From assembly GCA_047495785.1 (NCBI GenBank), contig JBLDXI010000025.1:248001-312000 (forward strand): 64,000 nt of DNA. The letters are read 5' to 3'. Source of the stretch: Lepidodermella squamata. Lineage: Eukaryota > Animalia > Gastrotricha. The notes below the pieces were generated by a model that was not told the DNA's origin, searched no databases, and was given only the letters and a program-made list of their open reading frames with translations. Numbering within the stretch: position 1 is the first letter of the stretch; every line of letters starts with the position of its first letter. Below are positions 23,547-36,600 of the stretch, piece after piece. Made by a program: the position numbers and the translations under genes.

Positions 23547-23618
23547 TGCCACGGCCTGGAGTCGAACCAGGGTCACCTCGGCCACAACGAGGAATACTAA
23601 CCACTATACTACCGTGGC
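23547..23618 (-). tRNA. tRNA-His(GTG)
   Basis: GCCACGG...CCGTGGCA, anticodon loop TT-GTG-GC. Confidence 0.95.
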
Positions 23619-23717
23619 TGATTTCGCGGTTAAGCACACAATTTGACAGCGGCCTATCAACGTCTATCTGGTCTTGTTAAAATTCAGGCAGCGCCGACAG
23701 ATGGCTTACCTGGAGAA

Positions 23718-23799
23718 GACGCGGTGGCCGAGTGGTTAAGGCGATGGACTGCTAATCCATTGGGCTCTGCCCGCGAGGGTTCGAATCCCTTCTGCGTCG
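23718..23799 (+). tRNA. tRNA-Ser(GCT)
   Basis: 82 nt with long variable arm, loop CT-GCT-AA. Confidence 0.95.
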
Positions 23800-23886
23800 T
23801 GATAAATTTTGCCTCGTTCAAAGCTGAGACGCTAGTTTTTCTGGCTTTGATGATGACAAAAATTATGCATTTTTTAAAAATGAATG

Positions 23887-23958
23887 CTCCTTGGCAGGGA
23901 ATCGAACCCTGGTCTCCCGCGTGACAGGCGGGGATACTAACCACTATACTACCAAGGA
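23887..23958 (-). tRNA. tRNA-Asp(GTC)
   Basis: TCCTTGG...CCAAGGAG, loop CT-GTC-AC. Confidence 0.95.
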
Positions 23959-24048
23959 TTGCACGAATGTTGATGGTCTTCGAATAGCTTCTCACCCACT
24001 TCCACGCCAACAGAAGGCCATTCCGTCAAAAATGTGACTTGGCGCAGT

Positions 24049-24119
24049 TGCATCGGCCGGGAATCGAACCCGGGCCTCCCGCGTGGCAGGCGAGAATTCT
24101 ACCACTGAACCACCGATGC
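24049..24119 (-). tRNA. tRNA-Gly(GCC)
   Basis: GCATCGG...CCGATGCA, loop CT-GCC-AC. Confidence 0.95.
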
Positions 24120-24211
24120 GCTGCTTGATGCCTAGCTCATGGGCGTCGTGTCGATGCGTTCACATCGTCGTAATGGCGAACCCCAAATGCGGGCGAACAC
24201 CAAAAACTAAG

Positions 24212-24293
24212 CGTCGCCAGTAGGATTCGAACCTACGCGCGGAAACCGCATCTGATTTCGAGTCAGACCCCTTAACCACTCGGGCATAGCGAC
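24212..24293 (-). tRNA. tRNA-Ser(CGA)
   Basis: 82 nt with variable arm, loop CT-CGA-AA. Confidence 0.93.
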
Positions 24294-25138
24294 TGTTCTT
24301 GCTTGACATCACATTGAAGTTGCCTAATCAATCCGTTGTATGGAATTTTAGTAAAAATTATAATGACTCAAATATACAAATAATGCAGCACGCGCCATTT
24401 GATTATTTTTCGTCAAGCAGCGTTAAACCGTTTAAAATTAATAAATGGTATTAAATGGTATAAGCGAGTAGTTGAACGCGATGGCCGTGAAGATATAGCC
24501 GTGTTCATGTTACATTATTACTACACACTGTAGCTGGTTTTTGTTTGTTCAGCTTTGTAACTGCCTGCCGGACAGCAGATAACTGCGCTCAGGTAGCAGA
24601 TAATGCCTACCTCGTCGACACCAGCGCGGCTATTAGCGCTCATCAATACTCGAAGCAGTGTGCTCGCCTGTGCAGTTAAAAGCGGCGTATTTATTTATTT
24701 ATTTATTTACGTGATGTCAGCGAAAGACGTGACACTTGACCACGCGCGAGACATAGAGCCGAACAAAGGCCGATTTATACCTTACAGCGCTCTGTGCTAC
24801 GTGGTGGTGGTGGTACTTATTACGGCTTATACGTTTGCGGGCTCAATGAGCGAAATAACAACAATATTTTTCGGCTAAATTGTGCGATTGTTGGCCGGTC
24901 TGCCGTGAAAGGCGCCCACCAACGCCGCCGCGCCACTCCGCGATTCACAAACGCTCACGATAATCGCTTCAATGACGTTTCTGCTTTTCAACTTTTCACG
25001 AACAATTTACATGTTGCGATTTCAGAATTCTTTAACCTGGAAGATTTTTAGAATTTTTCAATTTCATAGTTTCGGAGACAATTGAAATTTAGAAAATTAC
25101 CTCGAATTCCAGATTAATTTTTAAAAATTTAGAAAATT

Positions 25139-25880
25139 ATGAAATTTATCCCAAAATCAGCATTATTTGTCCTGTTAAAATTAGCAGCTGGTTTTGTACT
25201 TATCAACTGCCGCGAGCTCAATGGTAACTTTATTCAACCGAAGCTCACGCCGTCAGTGATTTGTTTTTATTCTGTTTCAGATCCAGAAGTTTCGGCGTCG
25301 GATCTGGCGAAAATGGGCGGCCCGGGCATATCGTACTACAACTGTTACCAATGCATAAACTGCGCGTATTTCGACCCGGATTCCACTGCTGTCTACCAGT
25401 GCCCGATCAACTTCAAATGCATTGTAAATTTCCTAATAAAACCTACTCATATTTTTTCCTATTTTCTAGCTTCAAAATATTCCCCCAAATTAAAACTTAA
25501 GTTTGTTCAATTTAGATTTAGGTCATTTGAAATTTAAAAATTTGAAATTGAAATTTTTGAAATTGAAATTGTTAAATAATCGATACTTAAACTTAGTAAT
25601 AAATTTTCGGAGATTTTAGCAAAAATAAGCCTGATCGGTGTTGAAAGTCATTGTTGAATTTAATTTTCAGGCTCAAACGTGGCGGCCGACGGGCCCAACA
25701 GGCGTGACTCGCGTCGATCGGTTCTGCGCGACGGCCTGTCCAAAAGTCGCGGGCGACTTTGTATGCTGCAACAGCGATTTATGCAACGGTTCCGCTTCAG
25801 TGAACACGCGAAAACTCACGCTACTAACGAGTCTATGCCTCATGTTCATCACAGCAATTAAACAGCTAATTATCAAGTAA
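25139..25880 (+). CDS. Ly6/uPAR three-finger protein, probably GPI-anchored; exons 25139-25223, 25281-25423, 25671-25880
   Basis: Signal-like N-terminus, CYQC..., CCNSDLCN terminal motif, hydrophobic C-tail; AATAAA at 25987. Confidence 0.85.
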
Positions 25881-26066
25881 CTTAATTTGTAAAAAACGAG
25901 ATTCGAAGGCTCTGCTAATTTGGTCACGCTTGATCACATCTCCACCAGGCACAGTATTAAATGATGTAAAATAGGACGAATTTTCCAATAAAATTTATAT
26001 TTTTCCAATGTTGATTTATTCGCTAGGTGAAAAATTGAGGCAGATTGTCATTTCACGATAATTTGT

Positions 26067-26396
26067 TTAAAAAACGTTTTTATTGCGAATAATTTCAGGC
26101 CGAACCGGCCGTTCCATTCGATTGCTCGCGATTACTCGTTCCAGCAACGCCCCAACCGGCATCGGTCTATTGCGATGCCGTTCCTTTGACGACAGGAATT
26201 GCTCGCGGCTATCGATTTCGTTCGAATTAACAGGGTTAGACAACACTTTCAGTCGGCATTCCTCTGAATGCATGTCGAATGCAGTTGAATTATTCGGAAA
26301 ATCGTCGCTGCTGTCATTTATTGCGGAGGAATTGCTGTCGAGAAGGGGCGGAGCTTGCAGTGGCGACACTAGCGGGTGTTTTCGACTCCTTTGGCC
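26067..26396 (-). CDS. Probable terminal exon of an unidentified gene
   Basis: Open frame after a TTTCAG acceptor (about 26397), higher GC than its flanks; no recognisable domain. Confidence 0.3.
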   Translation of the reverse strand, partial: GQRSRKHPLVSPLQAPPLLDSNSSAINDSSDDFPNNSTAFDMHSEECRLKVLSNPVNSNEIDSREQFLSSKERHRNRPMPVGALLERVIASNRMERPVRPEIIRNKNVF

Positions 26397-29300
26397 TGAA
26401 ATATTTTGAATTAAAAAATTTAATTCAGCAGTTGAGATGCTTGAAGAATTCAATACCTTGTGATTGGACTGTTGAGAAAAGAATTGCAACCAATATACTG
26501 CAGAACATTGAAAACAGACGGAAATTATCCATCATTTTTAATAAAAGCTATAAAGAATAGCAAATATAGCCAAAAATCCAAATTAATTCTACGAGATTTT
26601 TGAAGATGAAAGAATATAGCGATTCAGCATGAAAAATACTGACTTCATAAAATGTAAAAACTGTTTGAATTTTTTCCATGAAAAATTCATTAAATTTAAT
26701 TAATTATTCTCCATTTTTCTCCATTTTATTGGCAAAGTCGAAATAACTGGTTGTCTGATATCACGGCTGAAAGCTGAAAATTTATCGACAAGGCCCGTCA
26801 AAATCTGGCTATGATCATCATCACTTGAAGTGTTATATGTACATAGTCAGCGGCGATGATGGGTTTGAAAAACAAAGGCAAGAAGCCGGCGCCGCCAATA
26901 ATGATAATGATGATGAAAATATGTAATAATATAACAGCTAATGATAGATAGTTGCAGATTTCATACGACATCACTACTACTACTACTACTACTACAGCCG
27001 GGATAATTCGCGAAATTGATCATAGGCGCACAAAACTCGGCCGGCGAGATAACTCGATTCGTGTTCGGCATCAGAGCGGCCGCCACTTCGACGACAGTTA
27101 TTCGCCGATATCGACTCGATGATGGTACAGCAGCAGCAGCGATCAAATTTTCTTTGTTGTTTGTTGTTGTTGTTGTTGTTGCTGCTGATGCGCCCGCCGC
27201 GTTTATGCACGGATTGGCGCGCGCGCGCGCGTGACCCGCCCATTGACACCAATATCGATTGTGCGCGCTGCTAATTACGCGCTGATTTTATTGCGCGCGC
27301 ACACACTCGTTTTATTATTAGTGCGTTTGCGCGTACGCACACTTTCATCATCGCATGAATATTGCAGCAACACAGTGTAGAACATGCGGGCAGATGCGCC
27401 AGGCCTTGTTGACTCTTGTTGCTGGTGATGACGGCGCCGGTCATCGATCGCAAATCACGCCTCATGCTGGTAGCTATAACAAACGAAATAATTGTAAAAA
27501 TGAATAACCCGCGGCCTGATGCTTTATCTCTCTCTCTCTCGTTCGAAAAGTGACAGCTAGGTGATGGCAGCAATGACAGACAATGGCGGAAGTGGCGAGC
27601 GCGGCGCCGCGATCGCAAAATCATCAAAACAGCGTTTTGACAATACAAGCAAACAGCGTCATTCAACAACAACAGTCCACTAACTTGTTGTCTCTCCAAT
27701 GCGGATGTCGTCAATATTTTCATAGCTAAATCAAGGGAAACAATTTACATTTCGAAAGAAAGGGGAGAAAAATCTGAGAAGGCCATATGCGGCTCTAAAC
27801 ATGAGGTTATACCGCTAAAATTAAGCGTCCTTGGTTATTTCTTCCGATTTTATTTCATCATTTTCCTTCGTTTATCGGTACTTTTATTTAAAGCTATGTG
27901 TGTGGAGAAAACGGAAAACAATACCTAGATGTTGTGTTCCAAGCTTGATATCAGAAAAATCACTAGCGTAATTGTGGCAGTACTTCGTCTGGTTTCAATT
28001 CGCCAACCAAACTCTGTACAGCAAACTATAGCGGATCTTCGCGGAATGAAAGTTTACATATTTCAGAGTATATCAATTAACGCGTCACATGTTGACAGTT
28101 GACACCTAATGCCAGCAGGTGTCACTGTGAGTGTCGTATTTCCTAACTGAAAACAATCATATAGTGTCGATTCTCATTCGGAAATATTATATCAAACAAG
28201 CGTGCTCAGTAGGTAATGCGTTTTTAAGTTTTGCCACACCACCTGAAAACATATTTCGGGGACAATGATAGCGGGAAGTCACCATCAGCGGATTCTGACA
28301 GAAATCGATGAATGAAGTTTGTGAGACATTCTGCAGCGGCAGAAATTGTCACAAAATCTACGCTATTGCTTCCATCAATTATTCTAACCTAATGACTTGG
28401 AAAGTATAACCTATAACCTTCGATTCTGGGAATGAAGATAAGTCAGCATTACAACAATGTTCAAATCGATCAAAAATCCTCAGCTAATGTTCACGAATTC
28501 ACATACTGCTTTCCCCCTGCAAGGATCCTGCTCAGTGTGCGAAGTAGGATCCGGGAGCTGAGGTGTTTTCTAGCACCCAGCCGAAGAAACCAAAGGATCC
28601 CCCCAGTACCTTTTCCAGCCTTCCTCTGGTTGGAGTCTCGGAGTCGCTGTATTCCGCACCCTAATCCTGCTTTTCCATTCCATAGGTTCCTAATGTTAAA
28701 TCGATTTGACAGAAAGTTAACATCCATGCATCATTGCAGTTTGCAATTTGTTTCTTGCCTATTTCAAATGGAAGCCATTCATCAGAAGAATGTGTCGTAG
28801 GTATCTAGGTCACATAAAAGCTGTACTTGGAAATCTTGACGTTTCCATAGCTATGGTTTTTGCTCCTGTTCTTCTGACGGCGAATTTTCTTCACATTGGC
28901 AAGCTGAAGTGACCTAAATGCTAGTCATTCAGAAATACATTGTTGAACAGTCAATTTTTGTCGTAATGAGTCGAGATTTGAAAGGAATGACAATGACTGC
29001 TGGTATAATAAATAGAAAAATGTCGCCATCAGGAGTACTCTGCAGCCGCAGGATTGGCACGGGCAATTGACCTTGGCATGCATTTTTCAATTAGCTGAGG
29101 AGCCATCAGCCGCACCAACTGCGGCGGTGTCGCGGTGAGCCGGAACTCGCGAACAAGTGGCGCGCGCTACTCGGAAGTCAGTTGTCTCCACGCTGGCTTC
29201 GCTTTTTTCCAGGCCCAGGAATTCGCAGTCGCAAACAAAGCTGCAGTATTTTGTCACGCTTGCTTGAACGGCGGCGTGTTTGTCAAGCGGCTTGTTGAAA

Positions 29301-30660
29301 AAGTGCTCGCCGCGGCAGAACTACTACTACTACGACGACTTCTCATCATCGACGCATTCATTGTCTGTAAGCAGGAGCTGCTGCCTACTGCGATGCAAAC
29401 ACAGCACGGCTGCTAATTACAAAACGGGCGGCGGGCGGCTTAATGCTCATCGCAACAAGGCACGACGTTTCAAAATAAACAGCCGCGTCACCGTCGGCCG
29501 AGCGATTCATCCGAACGATCGGCGCAGCTTGGCCTGCCTATTTTTTGCCGTGTGAGCGAGCGAGCGTTCGCGCGTCACGCGTGACTGCCGCGCATTGTGC
29601 GCCGCTGCCGAGGCATGTTCGCCTGACCACTACGCCCATGCCAACGACGGCGGCATCCATCGGCATCCAGCAACAGCGCCAGGCAAATAGTCATAACAAC
29701 CGTTTGTTTGTTATTGCTGCCGTTGCGTTATTAATTATTGCCGCTCTCTATCTCTCTCTCTCTCTCTCTCTATCGCGCCACTTGTCGCGCGTTTGCTCAG
29801 AGTGATTAACCCCATCTACTTGTTGTATAGTTGGCATACTGGCTCCTGTAACTATACGCTTGTCAATTGATCTTCTGATGGCCAAATTCTGCGTCATCTT
29901 CTCGATTTCCAACGTCTTTGAATCTGTGATCTCCAGCCTTTGCAAGCCCTTGCATGAATTGCCGGTGGCAAGTGAACCGTGAAAACAAGAATTTGGGCAA
30001 TAACATACGTCAACATTTCTATGAAGATCCAATAGCCATTATAGGATTGGTGCCAGGATGAATCATGGAACCTCTTACCACTCCCGTGGCAACTATTGCT
30101 TGCATTTTCTCTATGTTTCACTTTCTTGATCCCCATTTTAATAAAATAGAATTCACTCGGCGAACCTTTAGGTGGTGAATGGTTTGGTAATTTTCCGCAT
30201 TTCACCCGTTTCACTGAGTTTCTTCAAACTGTTTTCTTCCGTTCGCAAGTTTGGCATTCATGGTTCTCGCCTTGAGCCTTGACATCACATAGAATGCTTA
30301 CTATCACATGTATTTCCAGATAATGCGGTTCCAGGTAGAGTGTGTTATGAAAATCAAACTCTTCTGTCATGCTTTCATTGCCATCCTTTGTAGAAGTCCG
30401 ATTTTGTATGTCTAATCATCGTAGACCTTATGATTTTCTCTTTCATTTTCTCCTCCGCCCACAGTATCAAGTGACAGTCCAACAACATTCCGCATCATAT
30501 CCCTTTTTCTTTCATTCTATCTTTATTATGGATTTTCTCAGTTTACACAGTCAAATTTCTTGAAATCCCTTGGAATAATTTCACTTTGCAATTTTTTAAT
30601 CAGCAGTAGGTGGTAACTCCTGGTTTTATTTACACGAAGATCCCACATAGAACTTGAGCC

Positions 30661-33600
30661 ATGGCCGCGCCAGCTGGCTCCAAGTACGGCATCTGCCAGA
30701 CTGATCCCGAATTTCCTTACCTGGTCGTTGACCGAGCCGCATTGCTCGAGGCCGGGAAAGACTTTGACTCGAAGAGGTCGTGCTGGATTGTCGACGCAAA
30801 GGAGGGCTTCGTACCCGCCTCGGTAAAAGAAACGAAAGGTGACGAAGTCACTGTTGTAGTCTCGGATGGCACGCTGCGCACGACGAAGAATAAGGACGAC
30901 ATTTCGGAGATGAATCCGCCCAAGTTTGAACTCATCGACGACATGTCAGATTTGACTTTTCTCAACGAAGCCTGCGTCCTGCATAATCTGCGAGCTCGCT
31001 ACAGAGCTATGATTATTTATGTAAGTACATTTCTAGTTCAAGTTGCCTATGTTGGTATCAAATCGATTGATCATTGGGCATTTTTTTGGTCATTTCGAAC
31101 TCTTTTTATTTGATGAAGAACTTTAATCCTTTTATTATTTTCAGACATACTCTGGTTTGTTTTGTGTTTGTGTCAATCCATACCGATGGCTGCCGATCTA
31201 TACGGAACCCGTCATCAAAAAGTACCGGGGCAAGCGAAAGACTGAAATGCCGCCGCATTTGTTCGCGGTTGCGGACAACGCCTACTCAGACATGTTGCAA
31301 GACCGCGAAAACCAGTCCATTCTGATTACCGGCGAATCAGGCGCCGGCAAAACTGAGAACACCAAAAAAGTCATCATGTTCTTCGCCAAAGTCGCTGCTG
31401 GCCAGGCTGCTGAGGGCGCGACTACGCCTGGAACTGCGCAGAAAGTTGGCACGCTCGAGGAACAGATTGTTCAGTGTAACCCTGTTCTTGAGGCGTACGG
31501 TAACGCTAAGACAGTTCGTAACAACAACTCATCGCGGTTCGGTAAATTTATCCGAATCCACTTCGGCCCAACTGGCAAAATTGCAGGGGCTGATATTGAA
31601 ACTTGTAAGTCTTGAGAGAACGTCTTTATTATGTCTCTAACTCTTGCTGCCTTAGATTTACTTGAAAAGTCTCGCATCACAAGGCAGATGAAGCTCGAGC
31701 GTGGCTTCCACATTTTCTACCAGATTTGTACCAATGCCATACCTGGTCTTTGTGGTAGGCTTTTAATGAAAAATCGGCTGTATTAATTTTGAATTGTTTT
31801 CAGAAAAACTGCTGTTGACCCCTAACTCCGAAGCCTACGCATTTGCCAACCAAGGCATGTCAGTTGTTGAAGGCATTGACGACAAGTTGGAAATGCGTGC
31901 GACCGACGAGGCCATGACAATTCTTGGTTTCACCGATGCCGAGAAAAAGAGCGTGCTGAACGTAACCGCAGCTGTTTTGTGGCTCGGTGAGATGAAGTTC
32001 AAGCAACAGGGCCGTGACGACCAAGCCGAGCCTGATGGAACTGCCGAGGCTGAGAAGGTCGCGTTCCTCCTTGGCCTGTCAGCTGCTGATTTACTTAAAT
32101 GTCTGACGAAACCCAAGGTCAAAGTCGGCACTGAGATGGTTCAAAAGGCCCAGACTCGGGAACAGGTCCTATTCTCAGTCAACGCCCTGGCCAAGTCTCT
32201 GTACTCACGTTTGTTCGACTGGCTTGTCAAACGCTGTAACCAGACCCTGGAAACTGGGTTGCGTCGCCAGTACTTCATCGGCGTGTTGGATATCGCTGGT
32301 TTCGAGATCTTCGAGTTCAATTCGTTCGAACAGCTCTGCATTAACTATACCAATGAGCGACTACAACAATTTTTCAACCATCACATGTTCGTTCTGGAAC
32401 AGGAACAGTACCGTGTTGAAGGCATTCAGTGGGACTTCATCGATTTCGGCATGGACTTGCAGGCCTGCATTGATCTGATTGAGAAGCCCCTTGGAATCAT
32501 GGCTATCCTTGAGGAGGAGTGCATGTTTCCAAAGGCCTCGGACAAGACCTTCATCGAAAAGTTGTACCAGCATCATTTGGGCAAATCGCCAAGTTTCAAC
32601 AAGCCGAAAGTTAACAAAACCGGCGGCGCTGAGGTTCATTTCGAGATCCATCACTACGCTGGAACCGTCGGTTACAACATCACTGGATGGCTAGAGCGCA
32701 ATAAGGATCCGTTGAACGAAACCGTTATTGAAACCCTGGCTGCATCAGTCGATACTCTTGTTTCGTCGATTTTCCCCGTTGATAAAGTCGACGAGGGCGG
32801 TGCTGGTAAGAAGAAGAAGGGCGGATCATTCACCACTGTATCCGGAACGCATCGTGAGAGTTTGAATAAGTTGATGAAGAATCTGTATTCGACCCATCCT
32901 CATTTCGTCCGTTGCATCATCCCCAACGAGACGAAGACCACAGGAGTTCTTGACGCCAAATTGGTCCTGAACCAATTGCGATGCAACGGCGTGCTTGAGG
33001 GAATTCGCATTTGCCGCAAAGGCTTCCCCAATCGCATCTTGTACCCGGATTTCAAGCAGCGCTACACCATCTTGGCTCCGAATGCTGTGCCGACAGGTGG
33101 TTTCATCGACGCTCGTTCAGTTGCTCAGCGTGTTCTCGAGGCCTTGAAACTGGACCAGGATACTTACAAGCTCGGCCAGACCAAAGTTTTCTTCCGCGCT
33201 GGCGTTTTGGCCAGGCTTGAGGAGATGCGTGATGAAAAGCTATCGATTGCCATGGCGCGTTACCAGGCCTTGATTCGCGGTTACCTTGTCCGCGCGCATT
33301 TCAAGCAGCTGTGGGACCAACGTACTGCTCTGGCAAAGATTCAGTCCAACATACGAAAGTACATGGCTTTCAAGGATTGGAAGTGGTGGAAGTTGTACCT
33401 GAAGATCAAGCCAATGTTAACGGCGGCTCGAGACGAGGACGAAATCCGGAAGCGCGAGGAGGATTTCAAGAAGCTGAAGGAAGAGCATGAGCGCCTTGAG
33501 AAATTTGCCAAGGAGCTTGAGTCTCAGAACGCTAAGCTTCTGAAACAGAAAAATGGTAAGATCAGATTTGATTTAAGGATAGAAAATCGGGATTTCGGAA

Positions 33601-36600
33601 TAGGGTGATCATTATAGGGCGACTTTGCAGTCACATGACTAAGAGCAAAGTCCATCTATTTTTTTCTGGTCTTGGTCGCGCGGTCGCGCAGTCGTTGTGG
33701 TCGGGCGGTCGTGTAAAAAAATGCTCGCTTAAAAATGAGAGTAAAAAAACGATGCACCACCAGGAGTCGAACTAAGGATGTTGGAATAAAAAGCCATGTT
33801 TTTGATCCACTACGCCACCAGCTTGAAGAAATCTGCCGCGAAAATATGTACACCCATATTGTTGTCAATCGGATCCACTGATAGAAACTCTTAAATGCCA
33901 TGAATTGGTGGCGTAATGGATCAAAAACATGGCTTTTTATTCCAACATCCTTAGTTCGACTCCTGGTGGTGCATCGTTTTTTTACTCTCATTTTTAAGCG
34001 AGCATTTTTTTACACGACCGCCCGACCACAACGACTGCGCGACCGCGCGACCAAGACCAGAAAAAAATAGATGGACTTTGCTCTTAGTCATGTGACTGCA
34101 AAGTCGCCCTATAATGATAATATATTATGCATTTTTTAAGCGGATGGAAAGGAATGTATTGCGGCCGTGTCACTAATGTGGTTATTAGGATGGCGAGGTG
34201 TGGAAATTCCTAGAAAATTATCGTGAGAGTTATGCTTCAAAGATAAATTAATATTGGTCAAGGTAGTTCGCGCGGGTTCAAGGATAACATTTAGGAGCAT
34301 GGTCAACTTTACCAAAAAAAATGGTAATGGAAGGGGGTAAGGGGGTAAAATGAGGGCGTGTTGTTTATATAAGACTATGGCTGGGGCTTTTCGCCTTTCG
34401 CAATGTTTACAGGTGTCTAAATCCGCACAATGCTTTTGTTTGTTATAGACTACTTTCTGGAGCTGCAAGCCGAGCAGGATACCATCGCCGAAATGGAGGA
34501 AAAACTGCAGATGTTGGTCAACCAGCGCAACGACTACGAGCAGCAGATGAAAGGTAAGCAGTGGCGTTAGGCAGGATGTTATGGTTCAATGTAACCACTC
34601 ACGTCACGCATCGGTTACGCTATTGAATAACGGGGGCAGGGTCACTTTTTTGCGCGGTGGTGGGGTTTTCTATTCATCAAAAATGGCTTCGCCTGTGAAA
34701 GTAGTGACGTTTGATGCTAACATTGTGACGCATGAAATTGTTACTGCAACAGATTACGAGTCGCGAAATGGCGAGATGGAGGCGCGACTCAGCGATGCCG
34801 AGGCCGAGCATGCGCGCATGCAGAGCCGCTTGGCGCAGGCGATGGACGACAACGCGGCTATCGAGCAGAAGCTGGCCGGCGTCGAACGAGAGAAGGCGCA
34901 GAAGGAGACTGAGCTGCGAAAGTTGCGTGACGATCTCGCTCAGCAAGAGCATCAACTTGTCAAAACCACGAAGGAGAAGAAGGCCCTCGAGGAGGACAAG
35001 AAGAAACTGCTCGATGACCTGGCTGCCGAGGAGGAGAAGGTCAAACAGCTCGGCAAGACGAAGCAGAAGCTCGAAGCCGCTCTCGATGACCTTGAGACGA
35101 ATCTCGAACGAGAGAAGAAGCTGCGGGGTGATACCGAGAAGGCGAAACGTAAGCTTGAGGCTGAGCTGAAACACCTCGAGGACGTTCAACGTGAAACCGA
35201 GCTGGCTAAGAAGGAACTCGAGGACACAGTTCGCAGAAAGGATAAGTAAGTTTCTCATACCAATTATGATACCTACAATTATCACTCTTTTCATTTCCAG
35301 TGACATCGCCGTTCTCAATCAAAAAGTTGAGGAAGATGCTGGCATCATTGCCGCCCTTCAGAAGAAGATCAAGGAACTACTAGCCCGCATTGCTGAGCTC
35401 GAGGATGAACTCGAACGCGAACGTCAGGCCCGCATTCGAGCTGAACGCGCTCGTCAGGACGCTCAACGCGATTTGGAAGATATGATGGTCAAACTCGAGG
35501 AAGCCGCCCTCATCAACCAGTCACAGGCTGACCTCATTCGAAAACGCGAGGCTGAAGCTGCGAAACTGCGAAAGGAAGTCGAGGACCAGCGCACATCTTT
35601 CGAGCAAACCATGGCTTTGGCTAAGAAGAAACAGGCCGATACCTCAACCGAGCTCAGTGATCAACTTGACCAGGCCGTCAAGGCTAGAATGCGAGTCGAG
35701 GGCGAGAAGAACCAGATGAGACAAGAATTGGAGGAATTGCATCAGCAACTTGACCAGCTTATGAAATCGAAATCCGGCGGTGAGAAGACCTTGAAATCCA
35801 TGGAGAACCAATTGCTGGATGTTCAGGCGCAACTTGACGACCGAAACCGAGCTGTTAACGAGCTAACCGGCGAACGCAACCGATTTTTCGCCGAGAGGGA
35901 ATCGCTGCAGCGTCAATTTGAAGAGCTTGATGCCCAAATGGCTCAGATGGCGAAGTTGAAGCAACAAGCCCAGTCTCAGGTCGACGAGTACCGTCGTCTC
36001 GCTGATGAGGAGGGCCGTGCTAAGGCTAAGGCCATCAACGAGCTCCGCAATACCCAGGCTGACGTTGACAAGCTGCGTGAGGCTTTAGATGAGGAAGCTG
36101 AGGCCAAGTCTCAAATGCAGCGATCGCTGTCTCGCGCCCAGACTGAACTGGCTGCCCTGAAACAGCGCATTGCTAGCGGCGAATTCGGCGGATCTGAGAT
36201 GAGCGATGACGCTAAGCGCCGCTTCCAGGCCAAGATCGCAGCCTCCGAGCAGGAATCCGAGGAACTTCGCAACAAACTGCTTCAGATGGAGAAGTCAAGG
36301 CAGCGCACCCAGCAAGATCTCGACGACGCGTTGATGGAGGTTCAACGCGTTACCTCAGTTGCCCAGCAGAATGAGAAGAAGCAGCGTTTGGTGGACAAAA
36401 CCATTCACGAGTACCAGATTCGTATCCAAGACATCACAATTCAGCTGGAATCTGCTCAGAAAGAGTCGCGAGTTTTCAGCGCTGAGCTGTTCAAACTTCG
36501 CGCCGAGCTTGAGGACGCTAGAGCCTCTCAGGAAGCCCTGAAGCGTGAGAACAAAACGCTGACCAGCGAACTGCAAGAATTGATGATGCAGCTATCTCAC

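Larger units (their letters stand above)
23109..23952. repeat. tRNA-cassette repeat, copy 1 (matches 63157-64000)
   Basis: Near-identical sequence including a roughly 270-bp non-tRNA leader and the spacers. Confidence 0.95.

Noticed and set aside
23643-24010. ORFs over the tRNA cassette (also 63407-63992)
   Set aside because: Chance frames across tRNA genes
26900-29800. CG-rich and simple-repeat tracts with small ORFs upstream of myosin
   Set aside because: Probably regulatory or UTR sequence, or unknown small exons; nothing specific can be supported
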